Shown here: piece by piece, positions 1 through 9,712 of the stretch
Numbering within the stretch: the stretch's first letter is position 1
Layout of the letters: every line of letters starts with the position of its first letter
NCBI RefSeq assembly: GCF_006345805.1
Contig: NW_021826932.1
Span: 1-11,660 of the forward strand
From: Octopus sinensis
Taxonomy: Eukaryota
Length of the DNA: 11,660 bases
Direction: 5' to 3'
Translations under genes and position numbers: made by a program
The notes under the pieces: generated by a model
Databases searched by the model: none
Seen by the model: the letters and a program-made list of their open reading frames with translations, nothing else
What the model was told of the DNA's origin: nothing

Positions 1-45
1 TGAATACACAAACACACACATAATTATAGATCTTTCTCTATCCCC

Positions 46-46
<1 letters not shown>

Positions 47-131
<85 letters not shown>

Positions 132-172
132 ATATATATGTATATATATATATGTGTGTGTGTGTGTTTGTG

Positions 173-211
<39 letters not shown>
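47..211. repeat. (TA)n microsatellite with short (TG)n interruption
   Basis: Direct dinucleotide repeat visible in the sequence. Confidence 0.97.
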
Positions 212-633
<422 letters not shown>

Positions 634-720
634 ACGGGAAGGTTTACGAAAATTAACAAAAGACGAAGGCAGGTGGAGTACAAACAAACAAGGTATTAGT
701 ATGGCGCTCAGGAATAGAAA
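634..720 (-). mobile_element. Short interspersed repeat fragment, related to 6919-7045 (possibly Penelope-pLTR-derived)
   Basis: Its reverse complement (cctgagcg..taata..ttgtttgt..cacctg..gtcttttgtt..gtaaa) is colinear with 6961-7040 (cccgagcg..taatg..ttgcttgt..cacctg..gtcttttgtt..gtaaa). Flanked by TA repeats. Confidence 0.5.
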
Positions 721-1130
721 TATATATATACATATTGACATTCATTGACGGATTCTTCGATTATTCCGATGATATCAAGCAAACAAATTGCCATTTTCAG
801 GTGATATTTAACAAATAACCACATTGGTATAGAGCGAACTTTAATTAACCCGCTTGATGTCTGTTTCAGAAACACAAAGCGAATTTGCTAAAAGGAATGT
901 TGAATTGAAGAGGATATGAGTTAGATTTGGAAAGCAGAAATCAGGACCTACACAAGGTAGACAGATGACCATCCTGATTATTTATGGGACCAGAGCAGAC
1001 CGTAGTAAACATTCTACAATAAGAAATGAAAGGAGAAGAGAGAAAAGAAAGGAAATGAACGAAATCGTGGATATACAATTTACATTGGATAGGGTCCTTA
1101 GGTGTGTATTTGTCCGAATATATGCAACTG

Positions 1131-1205
1131 CATATGTATACACACACACACACACACATGTATATGTATAAACATATATATATATATACATGTATACATA
1201 TATTC

Positions 1206-1287
<82 letters not shown>

Positions 1288-1351
1288 ATACATATATAAT
1301 ATATATACATATATATATACATATATATATATATGTATACATATATGTATA

Positions 1352-1388
<37 letters not shown>
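1131..1388. repeat. Compound (CA)n/(TA)n microsatellite
   Basis: Direct repeat. Confidence 0.95.
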
Positions 1389-1390
<2 letters not shown>

Positions 1391-1707
1391 TTAAAATCCT
1401 TAAAATCCTTTAAAATGTTTTAGCCCGAAGGCCGCGGCCATGCTGGGGCACCACCGCTGAATGGCTACACTAATTTGTGAATCCACCTCTGATACGTGGC
1501 ACTTGATCAACAAGGGAGTTCGATGCTGCTGCCCGCATCCGCGTCTCCTGTCGTGAGGTAGGTTCATCTGGGACTCCCAACAAGAAGAGATCCAGTTTAG
1601 TTTTAAAGAAACCCACATCCACACCATGTAAGTCTCTCAGGCATTTAGGGAGGATGTTAAAGAGCTGTGGTCCTCTGAAACCCAATCTGTTGCAGTATCT
1701 GGACCTG
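1388..1707 (-). mobile_element. 5'-truncated LINE 3' end (CR1/L2-group-like ORF2 C-terminus, 3' UTR and tandem tail)
   Basis: Minus frame gives [47 protein letters not shown], which fits the GPxLFNxLP..FKxKLDxFL..PDEP pattern at the end of LINE ORF2. It is followed by ggtggtgccccagcatggcc, a small hairpin and about 3 copies of (attttaagg). Confidence 0.8.
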
Positions 1708-1715
1708 TATTTATA

Positions 1716-1793
<78 letters not shown>

Positions 1794-1857
1794 ATATATG
1801 TTTATATATATATATATTATATACATATATACATATATATATATATACATATATACA
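1708..1857. repeat. (TA)n microsatellite, imperfect
   Basis: Direct repeat. Confidence 0.95.
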
Positions 1858-1865
1858 CGTATTCG

Positions 1866-2117
1866 GAGACCCCCTTCGGTCACGACACAGACCATGAGAT
1901 TGCACCTAGAACTTTACCCTCCTAGACACGAGACCGGGCTAGGTTGTTTATGGAAGACCAGCAGTCGCCCATGCATACCAGCCTCCCCTCTCCACGCCAC
2001 CAGTTTTATCCAAGGGAAAGACAAAGGTCGATACAGCTTGGCACCAGTGACGTCGCAACTCATTTCTACAGCTGAGTGAACTGGAGCAACGTGAAATAAA
2101 GAGCAATGTGAAATAAA
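1866..2117 (-). mobile_element. SINE body lacking its tRNA-like head (octopus-type SINE)
   Basis: GC-rich non-coding island. The minus strand reads tttatttcacgttgctccagttcactcagctgtagaaatgagt..., recognised as a cephalopod SINE core. It ends in a 17-bp tandem duplication (2084-2100 / 2101-2117). Confidence 0.65.
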
Positions 2118-2175
2118 TATACACATAAACATATATATATATACATATATATATGCCCATACATATATACATATA

Positions 2176-2230
<55 letters not shown>

Positions 2231-2288
2231 ACATATATATATAATATATATATATATATATGTTTATATGTATATATATACATACATA

Positions 2289-2329
<41 letters not shown>

Positions 2330-2460
2330 TACATACATATATATATATAAGTATATACATATATATATATATATATACATATATACATACACATATATAT
2401 ATATATATTATACGTACAGATATATACGTACATATATATACGTATATATATACATACATA

Positions 2461-2491
<31 letters not shown>

Positions 2492-2616
2492 CATATATAC
2501 ATACATATATATATATAAGTATATACATATATATATATATTATATACATATATACATACACACATATATATTATATATATACGTACAGATATATACGTAC
2601 ATATATATACGTATAT

Positions 2617-2661
<45 letters not shown>

Positions 2662-2704
2662 TACATACATATATATATATAAGTATATACATATATATAT
2701 ATAT

Positions 2705-2742
<38 letters not shown>
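2118..2742. repeat. Compound TA/TACA microsatellite with ~165-169 bp higher-order periodicity
   Basis: Interruption aagt recurs at 2349, 2517 and 2681. cgtacagatatatacgtac recurs at 2413 and 2582. Confidence 0.9.
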
Positions 2743-2743
<1 letters not shown>

Positions 2744-2746
<3 letters not shown>

Positions 2747-3090
2747 GGCCCCGTGCCATCCGCCCAAAACAAAAAATCGCACTCTCATCTCATAACAACA
2801 ATACGGCATATTCACCTCAATTGGCCCGCTCTCTTTAACATTACACCAAAACACATTAAAACAGAAACAGACCCTATAGGTTCAAGAAGTCTTTGGACAG
2901 ATTCCTTCAAGAAATCCCGGATAAACCCCTACATACACCCGGATATGTCTCTGTAAACAATAACTCTCTACTTGAGTGGGCCATAGTGCCCAAATTCTGA
3001 CTTGAAAGACTTCACCAGGTGGTGCTATTAAGTTAGACATGGCCTGGGCCAATAATGGCCGAAACCTATCAAAGTATCAAAGTATCAAAG

Positions 3091-3093
<3 letters not shown>
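2744..3093 (+). mobile_element. Degraded LINE 3' end (CR1/L2-group-like), frameshifted, with (tatcaaag)x3 tail
   Basis: Joining frames gives [60 protein letters not shown]. 3' UTR ggtggtgc..catggcc..ggccgaaac at 3018-3065. Tail at 3067-3090. Confidence 0.8.
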
Positions 3094-3128
<35 letters not shown>

Positions 3129-3236
3129 ATATATACAATTAAGGGCTCCTAATAAAGATGCCGAGTGCTGGGAACACAAAAAGGGGGATGAATTTATCGA
3201 GAGTGAAAATCAAAAACGTTTACCGATAAATTTAAC

Positions 3237-3311
3237 AACTCGTACCGCGGTTTCTGCTTCTTCTAGCAAAACACAGAATATGTTTTCTAAGGCTGGCTTC
3301 ATCAGCGAGTC
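3237..3311 (-). ncRNA. Type I hammerhead ribozyme motif (HHR-B copy 1)
   Basis: Minus strand: gactcg CTGATGA agccagcctt-hairpin-agaagca GAAA ccgcgg TA cgagtt. Stem I gactcg/cgagtt. Palindromic stem III. Predicted cut between 3243 and 3242. Confidence 0.8.
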
Positions 3312-3676
3312 GCCTGAATTTAATCGAGGTCTAGCAGCGATGTGGGGCTATATGTTAAACCCGACTACTAGCAGATCTTAACTTTCAAATCTCTGCGCAC
3401 GCAAAATTTACACGGGCATGCGGGAAGAATTTTACGAATAAATTCATCATGTAGTCGTTGCATATAAACAAGAAGGGTAGTAATATTATTTACTACCAGG
3501 TGCCCAGCACAAAACGAATTAGTCATAAGACAAAAATATTATTCATATAGAAAAATATTATTCATGTGGTTATACAATTAAGGGCTCCTAAATAAAGAGC
3601 CGAGTGCTGGGGAACACAAAAAGGGGATGAATTTATCGAGAGTGAAAATCAAAAACGTTTTACCGATAAATTTAAC

Positions 3677-3751
3677 AACTCGTACCGCGGTTTCTGCTTC
3701 TTTTCTAGCAAAACACAGAATATTTGCTAAGGCTGGCTTCATCAGCGAGTC
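3677..3751 (-). ncRNA. Type I hammerhead ribozyme motif (HHR-B copy 2)
   Basis: Same core: tcatcag 3739-3745 and taccgcggtttc from 3683. 440 nt from copy 1. Confidence 0.8.
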
Positions 3752-4120
3752 GCCTGAATTTAATCGAGGTCTGCAGCGATGTGGGGCTATATGTTAAACC
3801 CGACTACTAGCAGATCTTAACTTTTCAAATCTCTGCGCAGACGCAAAATTTACACGGGCATGCCGGGAAGAATTTTACGAATAAATTCATCATGTAGTAT
3901 GCGAATATAAACAAGAAGGGTAGTAATATTATTTACTACCAGGTGCCCAGCACAAAAGACGAATTAGTCATAAGACAAAAATATTATTCATATAGAAAAA
4001 TATTATTCATGTGGTTATACAATTAAGGGCTCCTAAATAAAGATGCCGAGTGCTGGGAACACAAAAAGGGGATGAATTTATCGAGAGTGAAAATCAAAAA
4101 CGTTTACCGATAAATTTAAC

Positions 4121-4196
4121 AACTCGTACCGCGGTTTCTGCTTCTTTCTAGCAAAACACAGAATATGTTTGCTAAGGCTGGCTTCATCAGCGAGTC
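4121..4196 (-). ncRNA. Type I hammerhead ribozyme motif (HHR-B copy 3)
   Basis: Same core: tcatcag 4184-4190. 444 nt from copy 2. Confidence 0.8.
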
Positions 4197-4291
4197 GCCT
4201 GAATTTAATCGAGGTCTGCAGCGATGTGGGGCTATATGTTAAACCCGACTACTAGCAGATCTTAACTTTTCAAATCTCTGCGCAGACGCAA

Positions 4292-4860
4292 GTCACAAGT
4301 CTATCCAAAAAGGCTGAAATGGGTTCGCGAGAATGGAGAGAAGAGCAGATGTCATCTGGGGTGTGCGGTTGCTTTCGGACAATTCATGGGGCACGCATAT
4401 TCCATCTTTCGGAACCATTCCATGTTGTTGAAGATGACGATGAACAGCTGATAATGCAGGATTTTCTTCAGGTAAGGCCTCATGGGGCTTATCATTAAAC
4501 TCACCTGGACGTCGTGTTCTATCTTCACCTTCAAGGCTGAAATTTCCACTTCTGAATTTTGCAAAACATCTTTTGCAAGTTCTTTCATTCAAGTATTCTT
4601 TCCCATAAACCGAGTTTTTTTTTTTGTTTTCTACTTATAAAGAATTAGGTACTTCAGATGTACTTTGGATACTTCCACGTTAGAAAGGGTTTTAACCAAA
4701 GAAATTTTAATTCTATTATTCTGTAAAAACTTATTTAATTAGTTATTACACATATGCATAAAAATATCTTTTAATTCCATGAGATATTCTAAAATACTAT
4801 TAAATTTCATTCAATTATAAAAACAGTAAAATCGGACAGAACTTATGGGATGACCTGACA
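4292..4860 (-). mobile_element. Truncated mariner (Tc1/mariner) relic: left TIR and degraded transposase N-terminus
   Basis: ERTCKRCFAKFRSGNFSLEGEDRTRRP resembles the mariner HTH region. CVPHEL corresponds to the WVPHEL linker motif. After a frameshift FLDRLVT ends at 4292, just before the expected GDE catalytic motif. TIR-like tcaggtcatcccataagttctgtccg at about 4833-4858 on the minus strand. Confidence 0.85.
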
Positions 4861-5059
4861 CATACACACACACACACACATACATACACACACACAAGCA
4901 CACACGCGCACACACACACACACACACACGCGCACACACGCGCGCACACACACACACAGACAGACAGACACAGATACACACAGACACAAAAACACACTCA
5001 GACACACACACACACGGACACATACACAAACACACACACACATGCACACACGCTCACAC
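4859..5059. repeat. (CA)n imperfect microsatellite
   Basis: Direct repeat. Confidence 0.95.
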
Positions 5060-5839
5060 CTATATATATGTACATAAACTACATCCGGGAGTGGGAAACC
5101 AGGGTACGAAAGTTCCTGGGATTTGAGGCATGTGGAAGCACTTCTTACCCACTGGTGATCCCAGATCTAACCTGACCCAGGGTAGTAGCACATGATTAGG
5201 GTCCCAGCTAGGATCCTAGTCTAGGAAAAGAAATCTCGATATAAAACCACTGTAGCACTGGATCTGGCGAGCAGACCTTCATTGCATCTTATGTACCCGG
5301 TCGAACGCTGCATCCACTCAAGTCAATACCGACGAGGACTCATATACAGTGAGGTCCCCACCCGGCTGTTCTCGACGTCCTTCATGTTGGAATACCAGCA
5401 TTCTAACAAATTCTAGAATTGTATGATACTAAACACACACACGCTAGCACACACACATAATGATACACACACACTCACACAAACACGATCAGAAGACATT
5501 TTGGTTAGCAAAAATTTGTCGTCAGCAGAAATATTCTAATAAGATTCAGTGTAAATATATTCGAATAATCTTTAACATCATGTTTGTTATGAACTAACCA
5601 ATAAAAACACTAGACGGCATTAAATAAAGCTTTGCAGTTACAGTCTGTACAGATGTTGAACGGACAATGTAGTCCCCTACATGAATATTACAGCAGTTTC
5701 GCAAAAATAAAGAAGTAAACATTAAGAAATAAATAAATAAGAATTCTCCAAAAAATTGGCATTTGTTTTCAGTTTACAAATTTGTGCTGAAGTCAGTAAA
5801 ATATTCTGCTGACTGTTCTGTGTTAATCGTGGATCATCT

Positions 5840-6108
5840 CCATCCAATCACAAAAGGTGTCATTTAAAAGGTGACACCCACAATTATTGTAATACCAATC
5901 TGATTGGTTCCTGAATTTACGATTAGATTTCGGCGTGGTTGGGTTGTGGAGGGGGAACAATATCAAAAGCCGGAATCAGACGTCAACAATTTTCAGTTAC
6001 GATCCCAAAGCGAGAAGCTCACACTTATAAACTCCGGCATACATCAACTTCAGATTTATCATTAAACCAAAACGAAATAACAGGCTGCACGGACGACCGA
6101 AAACCGCA
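5840..6108 (+). promoter_or_regulatory. Probable Pol II promoter / 5' UTR
   Basis: CCAAT at 5844 and 5895, ATTGG at 5903, GC-box-like ggcgtgg 5932-5938, ETS-like ccggaa 5970-5975, CRE-like gacgtca 5979-5985, TATAAA 6026-6031. CpG-retaining unique sequence directly upstream of an ATG exon. Confidence 0.55.
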
Positions 6109-6252
6109 ATGGAAATCGCTCAGGTGGGGAAGATCATTTCGCAGCGGTTTTCTGTTTCTTCTTTCATAAGTTTTGGACTGTTTCTCGTGTTGACCATCAC
6201 GATTCTTCATTTCGATGCAAGGACCAGAGAGATAGAAGAGAAATCAACTGCA
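6109..6252 (+). CDS. Probable first coding exon of a type II (signal-anchored) membrane protein
   Basis: gcaATGG start context. 48 codons: MEIAQVGKIISQRFSVSSFISFGLFLVLTITILHFDARTREIEEKSTA, i.e. short N-tail, hydrophobic segment, polar stem. Consensus donor GTAAGT at 6253-6258, phase 0. Absent from the ORF track because the unspliced frame is only 57 aa. Confidence 0.62.
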
Positions 6253-6308
6253 GTAAGTAGAGGACACCTGAAGTTTCTATAATTTACATGCTAGAAATGT
6301 TTACGTAT

Positions 6309-6464
6309 ATCCATCCATCCATCTATCCATCCATAGATACATAGACAGACGTATATATATATATGTATGGTTATATATTATATATATATGTGTGTGGTGA
6401 GAGAGAGAGAGAGAGAGTGTGTGTATGTGTTGTGTTGTATGTATACACCACACACACACACACA

Positions 6465-6501
<37 letters not shown>

Positions 6502-6526
6502 TATATATATATATATATATATACAC
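6309..6526. repeat. Compound microsatellite (TCCA, TA, GA, TG, CA)
   Basis: Direct repeats. Confidence 0.9.
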
Positions 6527-6582
6527 ATCTCGTTTTATAATATGGTTTGCAAGATTCTTTATATGCGATCGTGTGTTGAAGC

Positions 6583-6716
6583 ATATTTTGTTGTGTCTGG
6601 GGAGAGTCATTCTCTTTTAGAAAATAAAAATACGAATTTAGTGGAACTTTACCGGTGAGTGTGTTAAATAACAAGACACTAAAAGAGAGTGACACTCCCC
6701 AGACACGACAGAATAT
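6583..6716. repeat. 38-bp inverted repeat with 58-nt spacer (fold-back repeat fragment)
   Basis: 6583-6620 versus the reverse complement of 6679-6716: 34/38 identical. Confidence 0.9.
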
Positions 6717-6734
6717 ATACATACATATATATAT

Positions 6735-6784
<50 letters not shown>

Positions 6785-6918
6785 CTGTATATATATTTAT
6801 GTATGTATATATTCATACATACACATACACACACAAGCAAACACACATCATCTCTACACATTCGTTTCTCTCTCTTTCCGGTAGTTCTTCTTCTCTCACC
6901 CTTTTTTTCCTCTTAATC

Positions 6919-7045
6919 CTTTCTGTCGAAAAGCGTGCGGTCGAAATGCAAAAACCTCCTCCATTCTACCCGAGCGTTGAAATTAATGCACTTGCTTGTG
7001 GTATGGACACCTGTCCTAGTCTTTTGTTTTCTGTAAATTTGAAAT
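6919..7045 (+). mobile_element. Degenerate interspersed repeat related to 634-720
   Basis: Colinear motifs with the reverse complement of 634-720. Ends at a (TATC)n tract. Confidence 0.45.
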
Positions 7046-7153
<108 letters not shown>

Positions 7154-7159
7154 TTAACT

Positions 7160-7283
7160 ATGAACGCATTCTTTCAGCTTCCATTTACCAAACCTACTCA
7201 GATGACATTGGTTGGTCTGCGACTATAGTAGAAGGCTTCAATTTAGAACAGAAGCTTCTTACCATGCAGCCAGGCCTGCACCT
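7160..7283 (-). mobile_element. Degenerate, internally deleted SINE fragment (octopus-type)
   Basis: ctttcagcttcc..taccaaacctactca..ctatagtagaag..aagcttcttaccatgcagcca is recognised from memory as the reverse strand of a common cephalopod tRNA-SINE. Confidence 0.5.
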
Positions 7284-7385
7284 ACAGAAATCGTACCGAT
7301 GCCGGCAATCGAACCCTGACCGACTGAACGATAGCTAGGAATTATATGTGTGTATATATAACATATACACACATAATTGTTATGT

Positions 7386-7644
7386 ATTTCAGCCAGTATA
7401 GGCCCAGGCTACGTATAACTTAATAGCACCAACTGGTGAAGCGGTTTAGAATCTGAATCCCATCTCAGTCATAAGACTTTTTAATGTTGGAGACATATCC
7501 GGGTGTTGGAGGTTGGTCGGAGATTTTTTATGGGGAAAATTTGTCCTGAGAAATTTTGAATTTTATGGAATCAGTTTTCGGTTTAATGTATTCTGCTATA
7601 ACATTAAAAAGAGCTGGACCGGTTGAGGTAAAGTAGTCGTGACA
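7386..7644 (-). mobile_element. Older copy of the same LINE 3' end as 2744-3093
   Basis: HDYFTSTGPALFNVIAEYIKPKTDSIKFKIS..PPTPGYVS, and 3' UTR accagttggtgctattaagttatacgtagcctgggcctatactggctgaaa matching 3014-3064. Confidence 0.82.
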
Positions 7645-7838
7645 TATAAACATATACATACATACATACATACATACATACATACATACATACATACATA
7701 GTACATACGTACATACATACATGCATACATACAAACATACACACACACATATATATGTATATATATATATAAATATGCAAATATATATATATATATCTAA
7801 AATATATATATATGAATATATATCTGTATACATGCATG

Positions 7839-7871
<33 letters not shown>
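7645..7871. repeat. Compound (TACA)n/(TA)n microsatellite
   Basis: Direct repeat. Confidence 0.93.
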
Positions 7872-7878
<7 letters not shown>

Positions 7879-8503
7879 TATTTGAGACAAAACACTATTT
7901 TGCAAAACAAACAAGGAAAGACTTAATCACAGGGAGTGGGTTTTGGTGTATATTGAGGTTTATTAGTTAGTATAGGTATGTGTATAAGTCGTGAGTTTGT
8001 GGTTTACGTGTGTGTATTTTTGTGTGTGAATGTTTAGGTTAGGGGGTTACTTTATAGGTTTGTTATAGAGTTTAGCAAAGGGAGATTTTATCGTTATATG
8101 TTTTTAAGAGTTTTGTTTTATCATGGTTTTTTTTAGGGAATTCGTGGTAATTAGTCTATATTTTCGATATGGATTATATATAGGTTATATATGGATTATA
8201 TACTTATATTTTTTCATTTATACTTTAATTATTTAAAAGTATTATTTTTTATTTTAAAATTTTGATTTTTTAGATTGGAAGTCCACCTGAAGATTGTCGA
8301 TCAGACAAGAAACGATTGTAGTGGCGGTTTTTTTTGACTATTTATTAAATTTTATGTATTGATTAAGTCTTTCCTTGTTTGTTTTGCAAATAGTGGTTTT
8401 GTCTCAAATAATATTTTATAATATTTTACTATAAAATTGGAATTTAATCCTAAATCTGATTTTTTTCCCTGTAATTTGGATATATTCCCTAATATTTATT
8501 ATA

Positions 8504-8505
<2 letters not shown>
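7869..8505 (+). mobile_element. Penelope-like pLTR fragment with minimal HHR and an inverted ~60-bp copy of its own downstream segment at the left end
   Basis: 7869-7929 is the near-perfect reverse complement of 8360-8420. HHR at 8283-8324. (TA)n on both sides. Confidence 0.7.
8283..8324 (+). ncRNA. Minimal type I hammerhead ribozyme motif (HHR-C)
   Basis: ccac CTGAAGA ttgtc gatca gacaa GAAA cgattg TA gtgg. 4-bp stem I, 5-bp stem II. Stem III region acgattgt is self-complementary with G-U pairs. Predicted cut after 8320. Confidence 0.8.
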
Positions 8506-8556
<51 letters not shown>

Positions 8557-8726
8557 TATATACATATAGATATATAACATATATATATATACATATTACA
8601 TATATATATATATATACCATACATATATTATACAAATATATATATACAAATATATTATACATATATTATATACATATGTATATATATATATACATATATA
8701 TACATACATACATGTATATATATATA

Positions 8727-8773
<47 letters not shown>
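8506..8773. repeat. Imperfect (TA)n microsatellite
   Basis: Direct repeat. Confidence 0.93.
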
Positions 8774-8775
<2 letters not shown>

Positions 8776-9429
8776 AATTTAGGAGTGACCCCAACAGGTC
8801 ACTCGTCCACCAGAAAGAGCAGCCATAACTCACACCCACACCAAGTAATAGTAATTCAGAATTAGGTGAAAATTTAAAAACATTTACCCTAATTCATCTT
8901 TTAGACGTTGCAACGTTTCGTGTCATTAATGATTAAATTAGCTTAATTAAATTAAATTAAGCCAATCTACCATAGGTTACACTTCATCAGTAAAAGACCT
9001 GGGAGAGACAAATATACACTAGGCGTCTGTAATCGACCTACGGGATATCTGACTTAAAATTTTCAAGACTGACGTATTCGCGCGCCAAACTTATCAACAG
9101 TAAATATAAACTGCCGATTCAATCTCAGAATATTCAGAAAATTATCAATTAGTCAATAGGGTAGCAAAAAATTCAATAGAAATCTATCGCTACCAGCGGC
9201 CTGATGGAAAAGAGAAAATAATCATCGACTAAATATATAAATATAACATTTAGGAGTGACCCCAACAGGTCACTCGTCCACCAGAAGAGCAGCCATAACT
9301 CACACCGACCGCAGTAATAGTAATTCAGAATTAGGTGAAAATTTAAAAAACATTTACCCTAATTCATCTTTTAGACGTTGCAACACGTTTCTTCGTCTGT
9401 GTCATTAATGATTAAATTAGCTTAATTAA
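8771..9429 (-). repeat. ~470-bp HHR unit array, left (inverted) block, ~1.4 copies
   Basis: aggagtgaccccaacaggtcactc recurs at 8781 and 9252. The block is the reverse complement of the units in 9430-10509. Confidence 0.92.
8897..8997 (-). ncRNA. Type I hammerhead ribozyme motif (HHR-D, minus copy)
   Basis: tcatcag 8984-8990, taaaaga 8991-8997, tctttta 8897-8903, gacgttgcaacgtttc 8904-8919. Confidence 0.78.
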
Positions 9430-9712
9430 CGAGTAACCTGTTGGGGTCACTCCTAAATTGTTATATTTATATATTTAGTCGATGACTATTTTCTCTTTTC
9501 CATCAGGCCGCTGGTAGCGATAGATTTCTATTGAATTTTTTTGCTACCCTATATTGACTAATTGATAATTTTCTGAATAATTCTGAGATTGAATCGGCAG
9601 TTTATATTTACTGTTGATAAGTTTGGCGCGAATACGTCAGTCTTGAAAATTTTAAGTCAGATATCCCGTAGGCATCGATACAGACGCCTAGTGTATATTT
9701 GTCTCTCCCAGG

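Larger units (their letters stand above)
3132..4291 (-). repeat. Tandem array of ~440-bp non-coding units (~2.6 copies), each with an HHR; retrozyme-like / Penelope pLTR array
   Basis: Units start with tatacaattaagggctcct at 3132, 3571 and 4016. Copies are near-identical and differ mainly by small or homopolymer indels. Confidence 0.92.

Noticed and set aside
733-1130. Unique stretch with acceptor-like ttttcag (794-800) and a 68-aa ORF
   Set aside because: No convincing exon with paired splice sites or protein motif.
3055-3381. 108-aa ORF overlapping the first array unit
   Set aside because: Starts in a LINE tail, crosses (TA)n, and is not reported as an open frame in the other units.
3132-4291. 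Using unit-to-unit differences to date the arrays
   Set aside because: Differences are mostly homopolymer or small indels, consistent with long-read consensus error.
5939-6210. 76-aa plus and 61-aa minus ORFs over the promoter
   Set aside because: No recognisable protein features; the 6109 frame with a hydrophobic segment and splice donor explains the region better.
6919-6955. Possible fifth hammerhead (ctttctgtcgaaaagcgtgcggtcgaaatgcaaaa)
   Set aside because: The CUGANGA box and cleavage triplet are not intact; at best a decayed relic.
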